A DNA stretch of 64,000 nucleotides from Gemmatimonadales bacterium (GTDB lineage: Bacteria > Gemmatimonadota > Gemmatimonadetes > Gemmatimonadales > GWC2-71-9). The position numbers were made by a program, and so were the translations under genes. Where the stretch lies: positions 7,081 through 71,080 of the forward strand of contig JBIOXD010000008.1 in assembly GCA_044869265.1 (NCBI GenBank), written 5' to 3'. Below, one piece after another: positions 11,501-19,180 of the stretch (its first letter is position 1; the number at the start of each line of letters is the position of its first letter). The notes beneath the pieces are model-generated. The model was not told the DNA's origin and searched no databases. It saw only the letters and a list, made by a program, of their open reading frames with translations.

Positions 11501-14244
11501 AGCCGACCGTCGCCACGGTGGACGGAACAGGTCTCGCGACGGCTGCGGGGCACGGCACCACGGCTATTCAGGCGACAGTCGCTGGCGTGACGGGCGAAGC
11601 GACTCTCACGGTCGATCTGACCATAACGGTGGCGACGGTCCATGTGAGCCCGGGTGCTGCGACGCTCGCGAGTCTCGGCGCGACGCAACAGTTCACGGCT
11701 GAGGCGCGGGATGCCGCCGGGCAGGTGGTGCTCGGCGTTCCGTTCGTGTGGATCAGCTCGGCGTCCGCGGTTGCCTCGATTGATCCCACCGGTCTCGCGA
11801 GCGCAACCGGCCACGGCGTCACGACCATCACGGCGACGACCGGGACGGTTGCGGGTAGTGCCACGCTCACAGTCGATCTCGAGGTAGCAGTGGCGAGCGT
11901 GGTGGTGTCGCCGGCCGCAGCGACCCTGACCGCGGTCGACGCCACGCAGCTCTTCACCGCAGTCGCTCGAGACGCGCAAGGGACCGTGTTGCCCGGGGTC
12001 CCGTTCACCTGGACGAGCTCGGTGCCGCCCGTCGCCACCGTGAACGCTACGGGTCTCGCCACGGCCGCGGGACACGGCACAACGGCGATTCGGGCGACGG
12101 TCGCGGGCGTGACAGGCGAAGCGAGTCTCACGGTCGATCTGACCGTGACGGTGGCCTCGATACACGTGAGCCCGCCCATCGCGACGCTGTCCAGTCTCGG
12201 CGCGACGCAACAGTTCACGGCCGAGGCGCGTGATGCCGCCGGGCAAGTGGTGCTCGGCGTTCCGTTCGTGTGGATCAGCTCCGCGACCGCGGTTGCCTCG
12301 ATTGATCCCATTGGTCTCGCGACCGCAACCGGCCACGGGGTCACAACCATCACGGCGACGACCGGGACGGTCACTGGGAGCGCGTCACTCACGGTCGATC
12401 TCGAGCCATTGGTGGCGAGCGTGGTGGTGTCGCCGGCCGCGGCGACCCTGACCACGGTTGACGCCACACAGCTGTTCACCGCCGTCGCTCGAGACGCGCA
12501 GGGGACCGTGTTGCCTGGGGTCTCGGTCACCTGGACCAGTTCGGTGCCGGCCGTGGCAACGATCGATGCCGCCAGTGGTCTCGCGCGTGCCATGAGGCAC
12601 GGTGCTACGACCGTGACCGCGACAGCCGGCACCGCCGCCGGTACTGCGTCGCTCGCCGTGGACCTGAGTGCGACGATCGTCTCCGTCCACGTGTCGCCTG
12701 CGACGGCCGAGCTCGAGAGCCGGGGCGCGACGCAACAGTTCACCGCCGTCGCGCTGGATGCCGGCGGCAACATTGTACCGGTGGCCTCGTTCGATTGGAC
12801 CAGCACACAGCCCACCGTCGCCACCGTCGATGGGACCACCGGGCTCGCCGCCGCAGTCGGCCATGGTACGACGGCGATTCGGGCGGCGGTCGCGGGCGTG
12901 ACCGGCGAGGCGAGTCTTACGGTCGACCTGACCGTGACAGTCACGACGGTGCACGTGAACCCGCCTGAGGTGATGCTCACGAGTCTCGGCGCGACGCAAC
13001 AGTTCACCGCCGAGGCGCGGGATGCCGGCGGCCAACTGGTGACCGGCGTGCCGTTCACGTGGAGCAGCTCGGCGCCCACGGTCGGGGAGATCGATCCCGC
13101 CACCGGCCTCGCTACCGCAACGGGCGACGGGTCCGCGACGATCACCGCGACCACGGGGACGGTCGCGGGCAACGCCGCACTCTCGGTCAACCTCACCACG
13201 TCGGTCGCGAGCGTCGACGTGTCACCGGCTGAGGCGACGCTCACGACGACAGGCGCAGTTCAGCAGTTCACTGCGATCGCCCGTGACGCGAGCGGAACGC
13301 CGCTACCCGGGGTCTCCTTCGCCTGGAGCAGCTCGATCGAGACAGTAGCGAGCGTGGATGCGACTGGCCGGGCGACCGCCGCCGGGCACGGGACGACAAC
13401 CGTCAGTGCGTCCGCGAATGGCATCTCCGATTTCGCCAGTCTGACGGTGGATTTGAGCACGACGATTGCTACGATCGAGGTGTCACCGGCGTCCGCCACG
13501 CTGACTTCGCTCGGGGCGACGCAGCAGTTCACCGCGGTGGCTCGCGATGCCAATGGGGCGCTGGTGCCGGTGAACGACTTCGCCTGGTCGAGTAGTGCGC
13601 CCGAGATTGCGACTGTCGGCTCGACGGGACTTGCGACCGCGCGCCGTCACGGGGTGACGACGATTGTCGCCGCCGCGGGAGGCAAGTCCGGGTCGGCGTC
13701 GCTCTCCGTAGATGTGAGGGATGCCATTGCGCAGATCGTCGTGACGCCCGCCGCCGCGACGCTCGAAGCTCTGGGAGTGACGCAGGCGTTCCAGGCCGAG
13801 GCTCGCGATGCTGCCGGCGGCGTCATTTCGGGCGTGACGTTCGTGTGGACCAGCACCGCCGCGACGGTCGCTTCAATCGATCCGGGTACTGGTGTGGCGA
13901 CGGCGGTCGCCAATGGTACAGCGACCATCACCGCTACAGCCGGCACGGTATCGGGTATGGCCACGCTGACAGTGCAGCAGAGAGTGGTGACCGTCGTGGT
14001 CACGCCCGCGACGGCGACGCTCAAAGAGAGGAACCGCACGCAGCAATTCAGCGCGCAGGCGCTTGACGCCAACGGCCGGGTCGTTGCGGGGGTGACGTTC
14101 ACGTGGTCCAGCTCCAACACCACGGTGGCGACCGTCAATGCCAACGGGCTCGCAACATCGCGTGGGTTTGGGATTGCGCAGATCAGGGCGACCACTGCGG
14201 GCATTACAGGAAGTGCAGTGCTCACAGTCCAGGACGATGACTAG
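8587..14244 (+). CDS. giant surface lipoprotein with 20 tandem Big_2 (bacterial Ig-like group 2) domains
   Basis: Lipobox LLVSC at residues ~18-22. After a ~130-aa unique N-terminus there are 20 repeats of ~83 aa with the Big_2 pattern (V.VSP..A.L...GAT.QF.A.ARDA.G..V.....F.W.SS...VA.ID..GLATA...G.T.I.A...G..G.A.LTV). Confidence 0.9.
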   Translation: MVARTGRAARRSLVAVVLLVSCVDGPAAPGHFGELRFRPTYVTGDEPSSLGVAIDSAVVRVTRPAEPGAAMIDTTVAYRTDTASFAWILELQAESESLRVDVSVWSGGKRFYDGGEKLLVSDGAPAAAVTEPVDVVYVGPPIVATVTVSPTSVALEAIGATHGFAAEARGRDGAVIPDAAIAWASDNEAVVRVDPSSGVVTAIANGTAMVSASSGNSRGDAAVVVRQRVTEIAVNPPAITLTALGATLTLAGEARDANGHAVLGAELSWASDAPHVASVDPTTGRVTAMAGGSATITATSAGVTGTAVVTVNPIADVATIDVSPPVATLTARDATHQYTAVARDAGGNVLEGVQFTWASSVVDVATIDAASGLARAVGHGATTVTASAGAVVGTASLTVDLSSTIVAVHVSPATAELETRGATQQFTAVARDAGGNIVPVAAFDWTSSQPTVATVDGTGLATAVGHGTTAIRATIAGVTGEASLTVDLTVTVTTVHVSPGAATLSSLGATQQFTAEARDAGGQVVLGVPFVWSSSAPAVATIDPIGLATATGHGVTTITATTGTVTGSASLTVDLEPVVATVVVSPAGATLTAVDATQLFTAVARDGQGTVLPGVLFTWTSSVPTVATIDADGLASAVRHGITIITATAGSTAGTASLTVDLGETIATVLVSPATAELETRGATQQFVAEARNASGTIVPVAAFDWTSTQPTVASVDGTGLATAAGHGTTAIRATVAGVTGEATLTVDLTVTVATVHVSPGAATLSSLGATQQFTAEARDAGGQVVLGVPFVWISSAPAVGHIDPATALATAKGHGVTTITATTGTVTGSASLTVDLGSVVATVVVSPAAATLTAVDATQLFTAVARDAQGTVLPGVPFTWTSSVPAVATIATDGLASAVRHGTTVITATAGSKAGTATLTVDFGESIAAVHVTPATAELASLGATQQFVAEARDASGNIVPVAAFDWTSSQPTVATVDGTGLATAAGHGTTAIQATVAGVTGEATLTVDLTITVATVHVSPGAATLASLGATQQFTAEARDAAGQVVLGVPFVWISSASAVASIDPTGLASATGHGVTTITATTGTVAGSATLTVDLEVAVASVVVSPAAATLTAVDATQLFTAVARDAQGTVLPGVPFTWTSSVPPVATVNATGLATAAGHGTTAIRATVAGVTGEASLTVDLTVTVASIHVSPPIATLSSLGATQQFTAEARDAAGQVVLGVPFVWISSATAVASIDPIGLATATGHGVTTITATTGTVTGSASLTVDLEPLVASVVVSPAAATLTTVDATQLFTAVARDAQGTVLPGVSVTWTSSVPAVATIDAASGLARAMRHGATTVTATAGTAAGTASLAVDLSATIVSVHVSPATAELESRGATQQFTAVALDAGGNIVPVASFDWTSTQPTVATVDGTTGLAAAVGHGTTAIRAAVAGVTGEASLTVDLTVTVTTVHVNPPEVMLTSLGATQQFTAEARDAGGQLVTGVPFTWSSSAPTVGEIDPATGLATATGDGSATITATTGTVAGNAALSVNLTTSVASVDVSPAEATLTTTGAVQQFTAIARDASGTPLPGVSFAWSSSIETVASVDATGRATAAGHGTTTVSASANGISDFASLTVDLSTTIATIEVSPASATLTSLGATQQFTAVARDANGALVPVNDFAWSSSAPEIATVGSTGLATARRHGVTTIVAAAGGKSGSASLSVDVRDAIAQIVVTPAAATLEALGVTQAFQAEARDAAGGVISGVTFVWTSTAATVASIDPGTGVATAVANGTATITATAGTVSGMATLTVQQRVVTVVVTPATATLKERNRTQQFSAQALDANGRVVAGVTFTWSSSNTTVATVNANGLATSRGFGIAQIRATTAGITGSAVLTVQDDD
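9790..13200 (+). repeat. higher-order in-frame tandem repeat inside the Big_2 gene (unit = 3 Big_2 domains, 783-786 bp, about 4.3 units)
   Basis: The anchor motif tcgcccgcgacggc recurs at 9817 and 10600, and as acgcccgcgacggc at 11386. Segments 11116-11244 and 11899-12027 are 129 nt long with one mismatch at an offset of 783 bp. Domain order is A-B-C, A-B-C, A-B-(C/A chimera)-B-C, A-B. Confidence 0.9.
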
Positions 14245-14371
14245 TCTCCTTCGCGAAGTCCTGACGACGACCGTATAATTTCCTCGATGACACCGGCTTG
14301 GTCACGATCACCTACTGACGGCCGGGACGGCCGAGCTCGAACCTTCCGCGAATCGATCGGAGCTGTCGAGG

Positions 14372-16033
14372 ATGTCGAAACCCGCCATCTTGACGGTCGA
14401 TGACGATCCAGCCGTCCTGGCGGCTATCGAGCGCGATCTCCGGCAGCACTATCAGGCAGACTATCGCGTCCTGAAGGCCCGATCCGGAGCCGAAGGTCTC
14501 AAGGCCGCGACCGAGCTCGCGGCGCGCAATAATCCCGTGGCCCTGTTTCTCGTAGATCAACGTATGCCCGGCATGACGGGCATCGAGATGCTGCGTCGAG
14601 TGATCCCGCTGCACGCCGCTGCGCGCCGCGTGTTGCTGACCGCGTACGCCGATACCGATGTCGCGATCGCTGCGATCAACACGATCGGGCTCGATCATTA
14701 TCTCATGAAGCCCTGGGATCCTCCCGAGGAGCGGCTCTATCCGGTGCTCGACGATCTGCTCGCCGAATGGAGGGCGCGTGCGCGGCCGGCATTCGAGGGG
14801 ATCCGGGTGCTCGGCTCACAGTTGTCGCCACAATCCTTTCTCGCGAAGGAGTTTCTCTCCCGCAACCGCGTGCACTACGAGTGGGTGGACGTTGACGCGG
14901 ATCCCGCGGCGCGCGCGCTCGCCGAATCACTGGTCGCGGACCTCACGCAGCTGCCGATCGTCGTGTTCCCGGACGGCAGCCATCTGGTCGCTCCGGCAAA
15001 CGGCCAGCTCGCAGCCAAAGCCGGCCTGCAAACCCAGGCGCAGCAGCCGTTCTACGATGTCGTGGTGATCGGCGGCGGACCGGCTGGACTGGGGAACGCG
15101 GTGTACGCGGCGTCGGAAGGACTGCGCACAGTGCTCGTCGAAGCTCACGCCGCGGGCGGGCAGGCCGGTACCAGCTCGCTGATCGAGAACTACCTCGGCT
15201 TCCCCGCGGGAGTCACGGGCGCCGATCTGGCTCAGCGCGCGACTGCACAGGCGCGACGGTTCGGCGCGGAGCTCTTGGTGGGGCAGGAAGTGGTCGCGCT
15301 GCGTCGCGAGGACCCCTATCGGATCGTGGTGCTCGGCGACGGGACGGAGCTGCGGACGTACTGCGTGGTCATTACGACCGGCATGAGTGCGCGCCGGCTC
15401 AAGGCGCGCGGGCTGGAGCGTTTGCACGGGGTTGGCGTCTACTACGGAGCGGCAATGTCCGAGGCCGCGCGATACCGGGACTGTGATGTCTGCATAGTAG
15501 GCGGCGCGAATTCGGCCGGCCAGTCCGCGCTGTTCTTTTCCCGCTATGCGCGTCGCGTGATCATGCTGATACGCGCTCCCGACCTCCTGCCCGGTATGTC
15601 GCGGTATCTGGCGGACCGCGTTCGCTCGTTCCCTAACATCGAGGTGGCGGCCGGCGTCGAGGTGGAAGAAGCGTGTGGCGCAAAAGCCCTGGACGCCGTG
15701 ATCGTGAAAGCGGTCGCGACCGGCGAGCAGCGAAAGATTCCTGCGGCGGCAATGTTCATCTTCATCGGCACGCAGCCTCACAGCAGCGCATTCGCCGGCG
15801 TTCTGGAGCGCGACGAGGCCGGGTTTCTCGTCACAGGCCCCGATCTGCCGCGTGAACACGACCGGCCGCGCGGGTGGACGCTCGAGCGGGCGCCCTTCAT
15901 GTTCGAGACGAGCATGCCCGGCGTGTTCGCGGCTGGGGATGTGCGCTCGGGCGCGAACCGGCGCGTGGCGGCCGCGGTGGGCGAAGGATCGGCGGCGATC
16001 TACTCCGTGCACCTCTACCTGCGGACCGTGTGA
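14372..16033 (+). CDS. fused response regulator / glutaredoxin-like / thioredoxin-reductase-like flavoprotein
   Basis: REC (ILTVDDDPAVL, FLVDQRMPGMTG, LMKPW). Middle Grx-like fold with SPQS where CPYC is expected. FAD motif VVVIGGGPAGL and NAD(P)H motif IVGGANSAGQ. YYGAAMSEA occupies the position of the TrxB CATC redox site. Confidence 0.85.
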   Translation: MSKPAILTVDDDPAVLAAIERDLRQHYQADYRVLKARSGAEGLKAATELAARNNPVALFLVDQRMPGMTGIEMLRRVIPLHAAARRVLLTAYADTDVAIAAINTIGLDHYLMKPWDPPEERLYPVLDDLLAEWRARARPAFEGIRVLGSQLSPQSFLAKEFLSRNRVHYEWVDVDADPAARALAESLVADLTQLPIVVFPDGSHLVAPANGQLAAKAGLQTQAQQPFYDVVVIGGGPAGLGNAVYAASEGLRTVLVEAHAAGGQAGTSSLIENYLGFPAGVTGADLAQRATAQARRFGAELLVGQEVVALRREDPYRIVVLGDGTELRTYCVVITTGMSARRLKARGLERLHGVGVYYGAAMSEAARYRDCDVCIVGGANSAGQSALFFSRYARRVIMLIRAPDLLPGMSRYLADRVRSFPNIEVAAGVEVEEACGAKALDAVIVKAVATGEQRKIPAAAMFIFIGTQPHSSAFAGVLERDEAGFLVTGPDLPREHDRPRGWTLERAPFMFETSMPGVFAAGDVRSGANRRVAAAVGEGSAAIYSVHLYLRTV

Positions 16034-16038
16034 CGACC

Positions 16039-17442
16039 ATGGACACAGCGACGCAACAGGATTTGCTGGCTCGCCTGGCGCAGCATCGCGCGCTGGGGAA
16101 GGCGCCCGCCGTCGAGCACGCGTGGCTCGCCGCGCACGGCACGATGCGGCGCTACGAGACCGGCGCGGTGGTGACTCACAAGGGAGCGCAGGCGGACAGT
16201 CTGCTGGTCGTCTTCAGCGGGCACATCGTCATTCGCGCGGACCGCGGCGCCGGCGCGCACAAGATTTTCGAGTGGCGGGGCGGGGACGTGGGCGGCGCGA
16301 TGCCGTATTCGCGCGGCGCGTCGCCGCCCAGCGACGCGGTCGCCGAGGAGCCCACGGAGACGCTGGCGATCGCGAAGGCGCAGTTCCCGGAGCTGATCCA
16401 CGCGTGTCCCGTCATCACCGCGACGCTGGTCCACGCGATGGTGGATCGCGCGCGCGAGTTCACGACGAGCGCGCTGCGCGACGAGAAGCTGATTTCGCTG
16501 GGCAAGCTGTCTGCCGGCGTGGCGCACGAGCTGAACAACCCCGCTGCCGCCGTCGTCCGCAGTGCCAAGCTGCTGAGCGGAAGCATCCGCGACGCCGAGG
16601 AGGCCGGCCGAAAGCTCGGGGCCGCGCGCCTGTCCGACGCGCAGCTCGCGGTCATCGATGCGGTACGCGCGTCGTGCACCTTGCCGGTCCTGCGGGCGTC
16701 GGGGGCGTTCTCGCCCTTGGCGCTCGCCGACCGCGAGGAGCTGTTGGCCCGCTGGTGCAAGGCGCACCAGCTGGACGAGGCGCCCGCGGCAGCGCTCGCG
16801 GACACGAGCGTCACCGTCGAGCAATTGGACCGGCTGGCCGCCAGCGTCACCGGCGACGCGCTCGATGCCGCTCTGCACTGGCTGGCGGCGGGGTGTCTCG
16901 TGCGGTCGTTATCGGCCGAGATCGAAGCCGCCGCCGCGCGCATCTCCGGCCTTGTGGCCGCGGTGAAGGGCTTCTCTTACATGGATCACGCGCCCACGCC
17001 GGAGCCGGTGGACATCCGCGAGGGGATCGCCGATACGCTCACCGTGTTGGGTGCCAAGGTCCGAGCGAAGTCGGTCGAGGTATCGGTCGACATCCCGGCC
17101 GATCTGCCGCGTGTGCACGGCGTTGGCGTCGAGCTGAATCAGGTGTGGATGAATCTGCTCGACAACGCGATCGATGCCGTCGAAGTCGGAGGTCACGTCG
17201 CCGTGTCGGCCGCACCCGAGCTCCACTGTGTGACGGTACGCGTCATGGACAATGGGCCGGGGATCCCGCCGGAAATCGTGGGACGCATCTTCGATCCCTT
17301 CTTCACGACGAAACCGGTGGGGAAGGGGGCGGGGCTCGGTCTCGACATCGTGCGGCGCCTGCTCCAGCGCCACTCGGGGGAAGTAGCCGTGTCATCCGTG
17401 CCCGGGCGGACGGAGTTTCAGGTGCGGCTGCCGGCTGCGTGA
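16039..17442 (+). CDS. sensor histidine kinase with N-terminal cyclic-nucleotide-binding-like domain
   Basis: ATG at 16039, 6 nt after the upstream stop. cNMP-like beta-roll region (ADSLLVVFSGHIVIR...GGDVGGAMPY). H-box GKLSAGVAHELNNPAAAV. HATPase boxes NLLDNAIDA, DNGPGIP, GKGAGLGLDIV. No TM segments. Confidence 0.85.
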   Translation: MDTATQQDLLARLAQHRALGKAPAVEHAWLAAHGTMRRYETGAVVTHKGAQADSLLVVFSGHIVIRADRGAGAHKIFEWRGGDVGGAMPYSRGASPPSDAVAEEPTETLAIAKAQFPELIHACPVITATLVHAMVDRAREFTTSALRDEKLISLGKLSAGVAHELNNPAAAVVRSAKLLSGSIRDAEEAGRKLGAARLSDAQLAVIDAVRASCTLPVLRASGAFSPLALADREELLARWCKAHQLDEAPAAALADTSVTVEQLDRLAASVTGDALDAALHWLAAGCLVRSLSAEIEAAAARISGLVAAVKGFSYMDHAPTPEPVDIREGIADTLTVLGAKVRAKSVEVSVDIPADLPRVHGVGVELNQVWMNLLDNAIDAVEVGGHVAVSAAPELHCVTVRVMDNGPGIPPEIVGRIFDPFFTTKPVGKGAGLGLDIVRRLLQRHSGEVAVSSVPGRTEFQVRLPAA

Positions 17443-17447
17443 GTATG

Positions 17448-17480
17448 AGCCTCACAGTGAATGCGACTGTGAGGCTTTCT
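17448..17480. terminator. bidirectional hairpin between convergent genes
   Basis: AGCCTCACAGT-gaatgcg-ACTGTGAGGCT is a perfect 11-bp stem with a 7-nt loop, followed by TTCT. It lies between the stops at 17442 (+) and 17522 (-). Confidence 0.6.
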
Positions 17481-17521
17481 GGGTATCGAGCCCCGCCACA
17501 CCGATCACTTTCCGGGATATT

Positions 17522-18118
17522 TCATCGTGACCCCGCAATGGAACCGGTGCTCGCGCCCTGAAGAGCCTCGAACAGGGGCTCGGTGCCGTGGGCACCGTCG
17601 TAGCGCTGGACGTTAATAAAGAAGGTGGGCGTGCCGTTCACTCCGCTCTTCAGACCGCTGAGCACGTCGTCTTTCACACGCGCGCGGTAGGTTCCGGCGT
17701 CCAGCTCGGCGCGGAGCCGATCGGCGTCGAGCCCAAGCTCCGCTGCATACTCCGTCAGGTTGTCGTCTTCGAGGGCGAGCTGGCGTTCGAACAAGCGATC
17801 GTGCATCTGCCAGAACGCGCCCTGCGCCGCCGCGGCCTCAGCGGCCTCGGCCGCGTGCTGCGCGTGCGGATGAATCCTGGTGAGCGGAAAGTGTCGGAAC
17901 ACGAATCGCAGCTTGTCGCCGAGGCGCCGCTGCAGGTTCTTCACCATCGGATGGGACTTGCCGCAGGACGGGCACTCGAAATCGCCGTACTCGACCAGCG
18001 TGACGGGGGCGTTCGGCGGGCCGGTGACGTGGTCGCGCTCCGACACCGCTGGCGTGAGGCCGCCGCCGTGCGCTTCGACGGCGGACCGGTCCACCGCGAC
18101 ATCGCGCCGTTCGCTCAT
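17522..18118 (-). CDS. DsbA-family thiol:disulfide oxidoreductase-like protein (no signal peptide seen)
   Basis: CPSC active site in VEYGDFECPSCGKSHP and the typical GTPTFFIN cis-Pro-loop region. ATG at 18118 overlaps the dps stop (ATGA). The longer 18151 start would overlap dps by 37 nt. Confidence 0.8.
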   Translation of the reverse strand: MSERRDVAVDRSAVEAHGGGLTPAVSERDHVTGPPNAPVTLVEYGDFECPSCGKSHPMVKNLQRRLGDKLRFVFRHFPLTRIHPHAQHAAEAAEAAAAQGAFWQMHDRLFERQLALEDDNLTEYAAELGLDADRLRAELDAGTYRARVKDDVLSGLKSGVNGTPTFFINVQRYDGAHGTEPLFEALQGASTGSIAGSR

Positions 18119-18702
18119 GCCTGCTGGTGCGCCTCGACGAACCACAGCCACTTGTCGACACCGCGCGAGACTTCGGTCAATAGATCCGCACTATCGGCGT
18201 CTTCGAGCTCGTTCATCTCTTCGATCGTGATGCGCGCGGCACGGCCGAACGCGCTGAGCGCGTCGGACAAGGCCGCGACGTGCTCGGGCCCGGTGGAGAG
18301 GCCCAGCGGGTAGTCAGGCAGCTTCGATCGCTCTTCCACGACGCCGATCGTCCCTTCAGCGATTCCACCAAGCTGCACGACCCGTTCGGCGATGAGATCG
18401 ACGTAGCTCTCGACGGCTTCGTTGATGTCGTCGAACAGCTTGTGCAGGCCGATGAACGACGGTCCTTTCACGTTCCAGTGGGCCTGCTTGCACTGCGTTT
18501 GGAGGTCGATGGCCTCGGCGAGACGTTGATTGAGCAGCGCGATGATTTCGACGCGCCGGTCTTGAGGAAGGTCGTTCTTGGTGTTGAACAGCCGTGCGGT
18601 GTCGCGCGCGCGACCCTCGGAAACCGTGAGCTTGGCCGGTGGGGTCGGCAGGGTCACGGTCCGGGACCGAGCGTCGCGACGCGGGGTGGTTGTGCGGGCC
18701 AT
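18115..18702 (-). CDS. dps: Dps (DNA starvation/stationary-phase protection, ferritin-like) with N-terminal extension
   Basis: QTQCKQAHWNVKGPSFIGLHKLFDDINEAVESYVDLIAERVVQLGG matches the Dps ferroxidase-site helices (HWNV...H..FD...D..AER). Confidence 0.9.
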   Translation of the reverse strand: MARTTTPRRDARSRTVTLPTPPAKLTVSEGRARDTARLFNTKNDLPQDRRVEIIALLNQRLAEAIDLQTQCKQAHWNVKGPSFIGLHKLFDDINEAVESYVDLIAERVVQLGGIAEGTIGVVEERSKLPDYPLGLSTGPEHVAALSDALSAFGRAARITIEEMNELEDADSADLLTEVSRGVDKWLWFVEAHQQA

Positions 18703-19180
18703 CTCTATCTCCTCGTAAGCGGTTCTGAATGTGAATGCCGAACTCTAATCACTTCGCATGGGCGAGCGAGAACATGTCTGGATACACGCGCGCCCCGAGG
18801 TGCTCGAGCGGCACGCGCAGCGCCCAAGGGCCGCGGTTGCCGCCGGTCAACGACGGCGAGGCGGAGAGCAGTAGCGCGTGTCGGGTGTGAAACGGCTGTG
18901 GGCGTTAACGGGACACCCAGTCGACGAGTGCCCGTCGTACAGCCAGGATGCGCAGGCCAAAGGATTTCCACCCGGCGCTGCTGAGCTAGAACGGCGCCTC
19001 GAGGCCAACGACGCTTTCGTCGGCAACATGGTGTTTCTCTGGCCGTTCGGTCCGGAAATCGAAGACCTCATGGGTCGTCGCATCGAGGGCCAGCGGCCGC
19101 CCGCTCGGGGCCCGGAATGCCTTGACGGCCGCTGTGACACGAGCCTGACCTATGGGAGTCAGGCTTGTGCCTCACACGAC

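Noticed and set aside
8938-14225. Many long minus-strand and alternative-frame ORFs inside the Big_2 gene (e.g. 11568-13244, 558 aa; 11323-12336; 9069-9896)
   Set aside because: They are antisense or off-frame shadows of a very GC-rich repetitive coding region. Their translations are low-complexity Arg/Ala/Pro-rich, whereas the + frame gives clean Big_2 domains from one end to the other.
8587-14244. Regularly spaced repeats considered as a CRISPR array or mobile-element array
   Set aside because: The period is 783-786 bp (about 250 bp sub-period), continuous and in frame within one ORF encoding Ig-like domains. There is no short repeat/spacer architecture and there are no cas genes.
14274-14279. 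TATAAT hexamer about 95 nt upstream of the REC-TrxR-like gene as a promoter -10
   Set aside because: There is no convincing -35 at 16-19 nt (only TTCGCG), and a single hexamer is not sufficient evidence.
18703-19180. Possible gene or gene remnant in the 478-bp gap between dps and doxX (stop-free stretches on both strands; a minus-strand frame readable across in-frame TAG 18986-18988 and TAA 18905-18907)
   Set aside because: No start codon, no recognisable motif, and both strands show equally high GC3, as expected for random GC-rich DNA. I cannot support a call. A weak hairpin AGCCTGAC-N8-GTCAGGCT at 19142-19165 may simply terminate doxX.
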